Program-made: the position numbers and the translations under genes
Source of the DNA: Acidobacteriaceae bacterium
GTDB lineage: Bacteria > Acidobacteriota > Terriglobia > Terriglobales > Acidobacteriaceae
Direction: 5' to 3'
Length of the DNA stretch: 39,712 nucleotides
Assembly (NCBI GenBank): GCA_003165935.1
Contig: PMXB01000039.1
Location: forward strand, 3,713-43,424
The notes under the pieces: model-generated
The model's database searches: none
The model's input: the letters and a program-made list of their open reading frames with translations, nothing else
Told to the model about the DNA's origin: nothing
Part shown: positions 37,038 to 39,712 of the stretch, piece after piece
Layout of the letters: the number at the start of each line of letters is the position of its first letter
Position numbering within the stretch: position 1 is the first letter of the stretch

Positions 37038-38225
37038 ATGCCTTCTTCCGATCAATATCCTCGAAAGCCCCGGGTGGTTCAGTCTGTCGCAGGGGCATTC
37101 CACCACTTTGATCTCGCACGGCAGTTGCACGCCCAGGGGCACCTCGAGAGGATCTACTCGAGTTTCAACTGGGGTCGCCTCAAGCGCGAGGGCCTGCCAC
37201 GGCAGTTGGTGAGCACTTTTCCTTTCCTGCACCCGGCGCTTATGCTCCTTGGACGCTTCGGTGTCGATCTTCTCTCGCCTGCTTGGAGGGGATGGTTTCT
37301 CAAGAACCAACTCCTTTTTGACCGCTGGGTTGCCGGCAGAATTCCACCATGCGATGTAGTCGTCGCCATTTCAGGATGCGGTCTGCTCACGGGTGCCCGA
37401 GTTCAGCAGCGCGGCGGCCGCTACGTCTGCGATCGCGGCTCTTCCCACATTCGGTTCCAGGATCAAATCCTCTCTGAAGAGTACAAGCTGTGGGGAGTTG
37501 TCCAGGATGCCTGCGATCCGCGGGTGATCGAGCGCGAAGAGGCCGAATACGCCCAGGCCGACGCGATCACAGTTCCATCGGAGTTTGCGCGGCGATCATT
37601 CGAGTTGATGGGGATTCCTCGAAATAAGGTGAAGAAATTCCCTTATGGAGTTGATTTATCGAGATTTATCGCAATCAATGAGCCTCCGAAAGATCGCTTC
37701 GAGGTTCTCTTCATTGGACAGGTTAACCTGCGCAAGGGTGTTCCCTACCTCATCAAGGCCTTCGAGACCTTTGCCCACCCCAACAAGCGTCTACGGATCG
37801 TCGGCAGCGTCGCCAACGAGATCCGCCCCATGCTCGACCGCCATCTTCCGGACGGCGTTGAGATTCTGGGCGCACTCCCGCAATCCGAACTGCCTGGGAT
37901 CATGAGCGCAAGCCATGTTCTGGTATTGCCATCGATTGAGGAAGGGCTGGCGCTAGTCCAGGGGCAGGCCCTGGCCTCCGGCTGCCCTGTTATCGCCTCC
38001 ACCAACACGGGAGGCTCCGACCTGTTCACCGACGGCGTCGAGGGCTTCGAAGTCCCCATCCGGTCAGCGGAAGCTATTGCCGACAGGCTCACCCAGCTTG
38101 CCGATCAGCCGGATCTGCAGAAGCAGATGCGCGCCGCTGGTCTCGAGCGGGTCAAGTCCATTGGCGGCTGGGGCGATTACGGCAGGGAGTATCTCGCCTT
38201 TCTCAAAGAGCTGACCGGCGCCTGA
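37038..38225 (+). CDS. Glycosyltransferase family 4
   Basis: VPSEF, PYGVD, FIGQVNLRKG and VLPSIEEGLALVQGQALASGCPVI motifs. Confidence 0.92.
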   Translation: MPSSDQYPRKPRVVQSVAGAFHHFDLARQLHAQGHLERIYSSFNWGRLKREGLPRQLVSTFPFLHPALMLLGRFGVDLLSPAWRGWFLKNQLLFDRWVAGRIPPCDVVVAISGCGLLTGARVQQRGGRYVCDRGSSHIRFQDQILSEEYKLWGVVQDACDPRVIEREEAEYAQADAITVPSEFARRSFELMGIPRNKVKKFPYGVDLSRFIAINEPPKDRFEVLFIGQVNLRKGVPYLIKAFETFAHPNKRLRIVGSVANEIRPMLDRHLPDGVEILGALPQSELPGIMSASHVLVLPSIEEGLALVQGQALASGCPVIASTNTGGSDLFTDGVEGFEVPIRSAEAIADRLTQLADQPDLQKQMRAAGLERVKSIGGWGDYGREYLAFLKELTGA

Positions 38226-38278
38226 GAGTGCCCATGCCATGCCTGGCTGGTTCCCTCGCTGGTCTCATCCCAGGCTCC

Positions 38279-39712
38279 TCAGCCAAACGTCGCCGCGTGC
38301 AGTTGTTGCAGGGCGTAGACACTCTTCTGCTTCTTTTGCAGCGACGCGATCCCTTCGGCTGCGGCCTGCGCTGCGGCAATGGTTGTAATGGTCGGAATCC
38401 TCGCCGTTACCGCAGCCCGGCGGATCGCTTTCTCGTCAAAGAACGTATCCTGGCCGCGGGGCGTATTCACGATGAGTTGGATCCGGTCGCCCTTGATCAG
38501 GTCCACCACGTTTGGACGCCCTTCCTTGACCTTGAAGACCCGCTCCACGGTCATGCCCGCCGCTTCCAGCACGTTCGCTGTGCCCTCAGTGGCCACAATC
38601 TTGAAGCCCAGCTCAACATAGCGCCGAACCAGCTCGGTGGTCGCTGACTTGTCGTGGTCGTTCACGCTGAAAAAGACGGTGCCCTCCGTTGGCAGGACCT
38701 GGCCGGCGGAGAGCTGTGCCTTGGCAAACGCTTCGCCAAAGGTGCTCGCCACGCCCATTACCTCGCCGGTCGACCGCATCTCCGGCCCGAGAACCGTATC
38801 CACCCCCGCGAACTTTGACCACGGAAACACAGGCGACTTCACGTAGTAGTGAGTTCCAGTCTCAAGGTCCTTACCCGACGCCAACTGCGTGGGCAGCAGT
38901 TCTTTGAGCTTGCGGCCAGTCATCAACCGCGCTGCCACCTTTGCAAGGGGAATCCCAGTCGCCTTCGAAACGTACGGCACCGTGCGCGAAGCCCGAGGAT
39001 TCACCTCGATGACATACACGTGATCGTTGCCAGCCGCATCGCGCTGAATTGCGAACTGAAGGTTCACCAGCCCTACCACCTTCAACGCAAGCGCAAGCTT
39101 CCGTGTGTACTTCCGCAGCGTCTCCAGCGTCTCCTGCCGGATGTCGACCGCCGGCAGCACGCACGACGAGTCACCGGAGTGAATACCTGCCTCCTCAATA
39201 TGCTGCATGATGCCCGCAATCAAAACGTCCTCCGAGTCGCATAGTGCATCCACATCGACCTCGACGGCGCTCTCCAGAAAGTGATCCACGAGCACCGGCC
39301 GCTCCTGCGAGTACTCGACAGCCTGCTTCATGTACTCCGAAACCGCTTCGGCGTCGTAGGCAATTACCATCGCCCGGCCGCCGAGCACGTAGCTGGGACG
39401 GACGAGCACCGGGTAGCCGATCCGCTCAGCCACTGCCAGAGCCTCGTCCACGCTGGTCGCCGTTCCGCCTGGAGGCTGGGGAATCTCCAGCTCCTCCAGC
39501 AGCTTGCCAAACCGCTTGCGGTCCTCCGCCAGGTCGATCGACTCCGGCGAGGTCCCGATGATGGGCACTCCTGCCGCGCGCAGACGTTGCGCCAGGTTCA
39601 GTGGAGTCTGACCGCCAAACTGCACAATCATCCCAATCGGCGCGCCAGACGATCGCTCATGGTCGTAAACCGCCAGCACATCTTCGAGCGTCAGCGGCTC
39701 AAAGTAGAGCCG
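38279..39712 (-). CDS. carB: Carbamoyl-phosphate synthase large subunit, C-terminal half (5' end outside the window)
   Basis: Frame is open from the window end (RLYFEPLT). [39 protein letters not shown] and [10 protein letters not shown] motifs, plus an MGS domain. Confidence 0.97.
   Translation of the reverse strand, partial: RLYFEPLTLEDVLAVYDHERSSGAPIGMIVQFGGQTPLNLAQRLRAAGVPIIGTSPESIDLAEDRKRFGKLLEELEIPQPPGGTATSVDEALAVAERIGYPVLVRPSYVLGGRAMVIAYDAEAVSEYMKQAVEYSQERPVLVDHFLESAVEVDVDALCDSEDVLIAGIMQHIEEAGIHSGDSSCVLPAVDIRQETLETLRKYTRKLALALKVVGLVNLQFAIQRDAAGNDHVYVIEVNPRASRTVPYVSKATGIPLAKVAARLMTGRKLKELLPTQLASGKDLETGTHYYVKSPVFPWSKFAGVDTVLGPEMRSTGEVMGVASTFGEAFAKAQLSAGQVLPTEGTVFFSVNDHDKSATTELVRRYVELGFKIVATEGTANVLEAAGMTVERVFKVKEGRPNVVDLIKGDRIQLIVNTPRGQDTFFDEKAIRRAAVTARIPTITTIAAAQAAAEGIASLQKKQKSVYALQQLHAATFG

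Overview
A GC-rich bacterial chromosomal segment, most likely Acidobacteriota (Terriglobia-like). This is inferred from gene style, the intergenic repeat types and the LexA-box type, not from any search. From left to right it holds: two tandem membrane-anchored multiheme c/b cytochromes (CbcL-like; the complete one has 11 CxxCH motifs), a bacilliredoxin, murB, modABC, thrC-thrB, a candidate sRNA, trxA, deoC and lexA. Divergent from lexA is a flagellar cluster headed by a regulatory trio (GGDEF cyclase, OmpR-type regulator, sigma-54 activator lacking its DNA-binding HTH), followed by flgB-flgC-fliE-fliF-fliG-fliH-fliI-fliJ-fliK-flgD-flgE. Next come a hydrolase, a thioesterase, a PLP dehydratase, a GNAT, a Tat-exported Mn-type SOD with a lipoprotein cytochrome c, miaB, a DUF151 nuclease, a HOGA/DapA-like aldolase with a large insertion, a methyltransferase, a GT4 glycosyltransferase and the 3' half of carB. 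Non-gene signals include a G-rich to C-rich strand switch plus a dif-like 28-mer (possible replication terminus region), five apparently leaderless genes, REP-like and nested repeats, and several candidate operators. I saw no rRNA, tRNA, CRISPR array, transposase or integrase. I cannot demonstrate a wholly new system. The best candidates are the HTH-less sigma-54 flagellar control module, the tandem multiheme cytochromes, the thrB-trxA sRNA and the terminus/dif signal.
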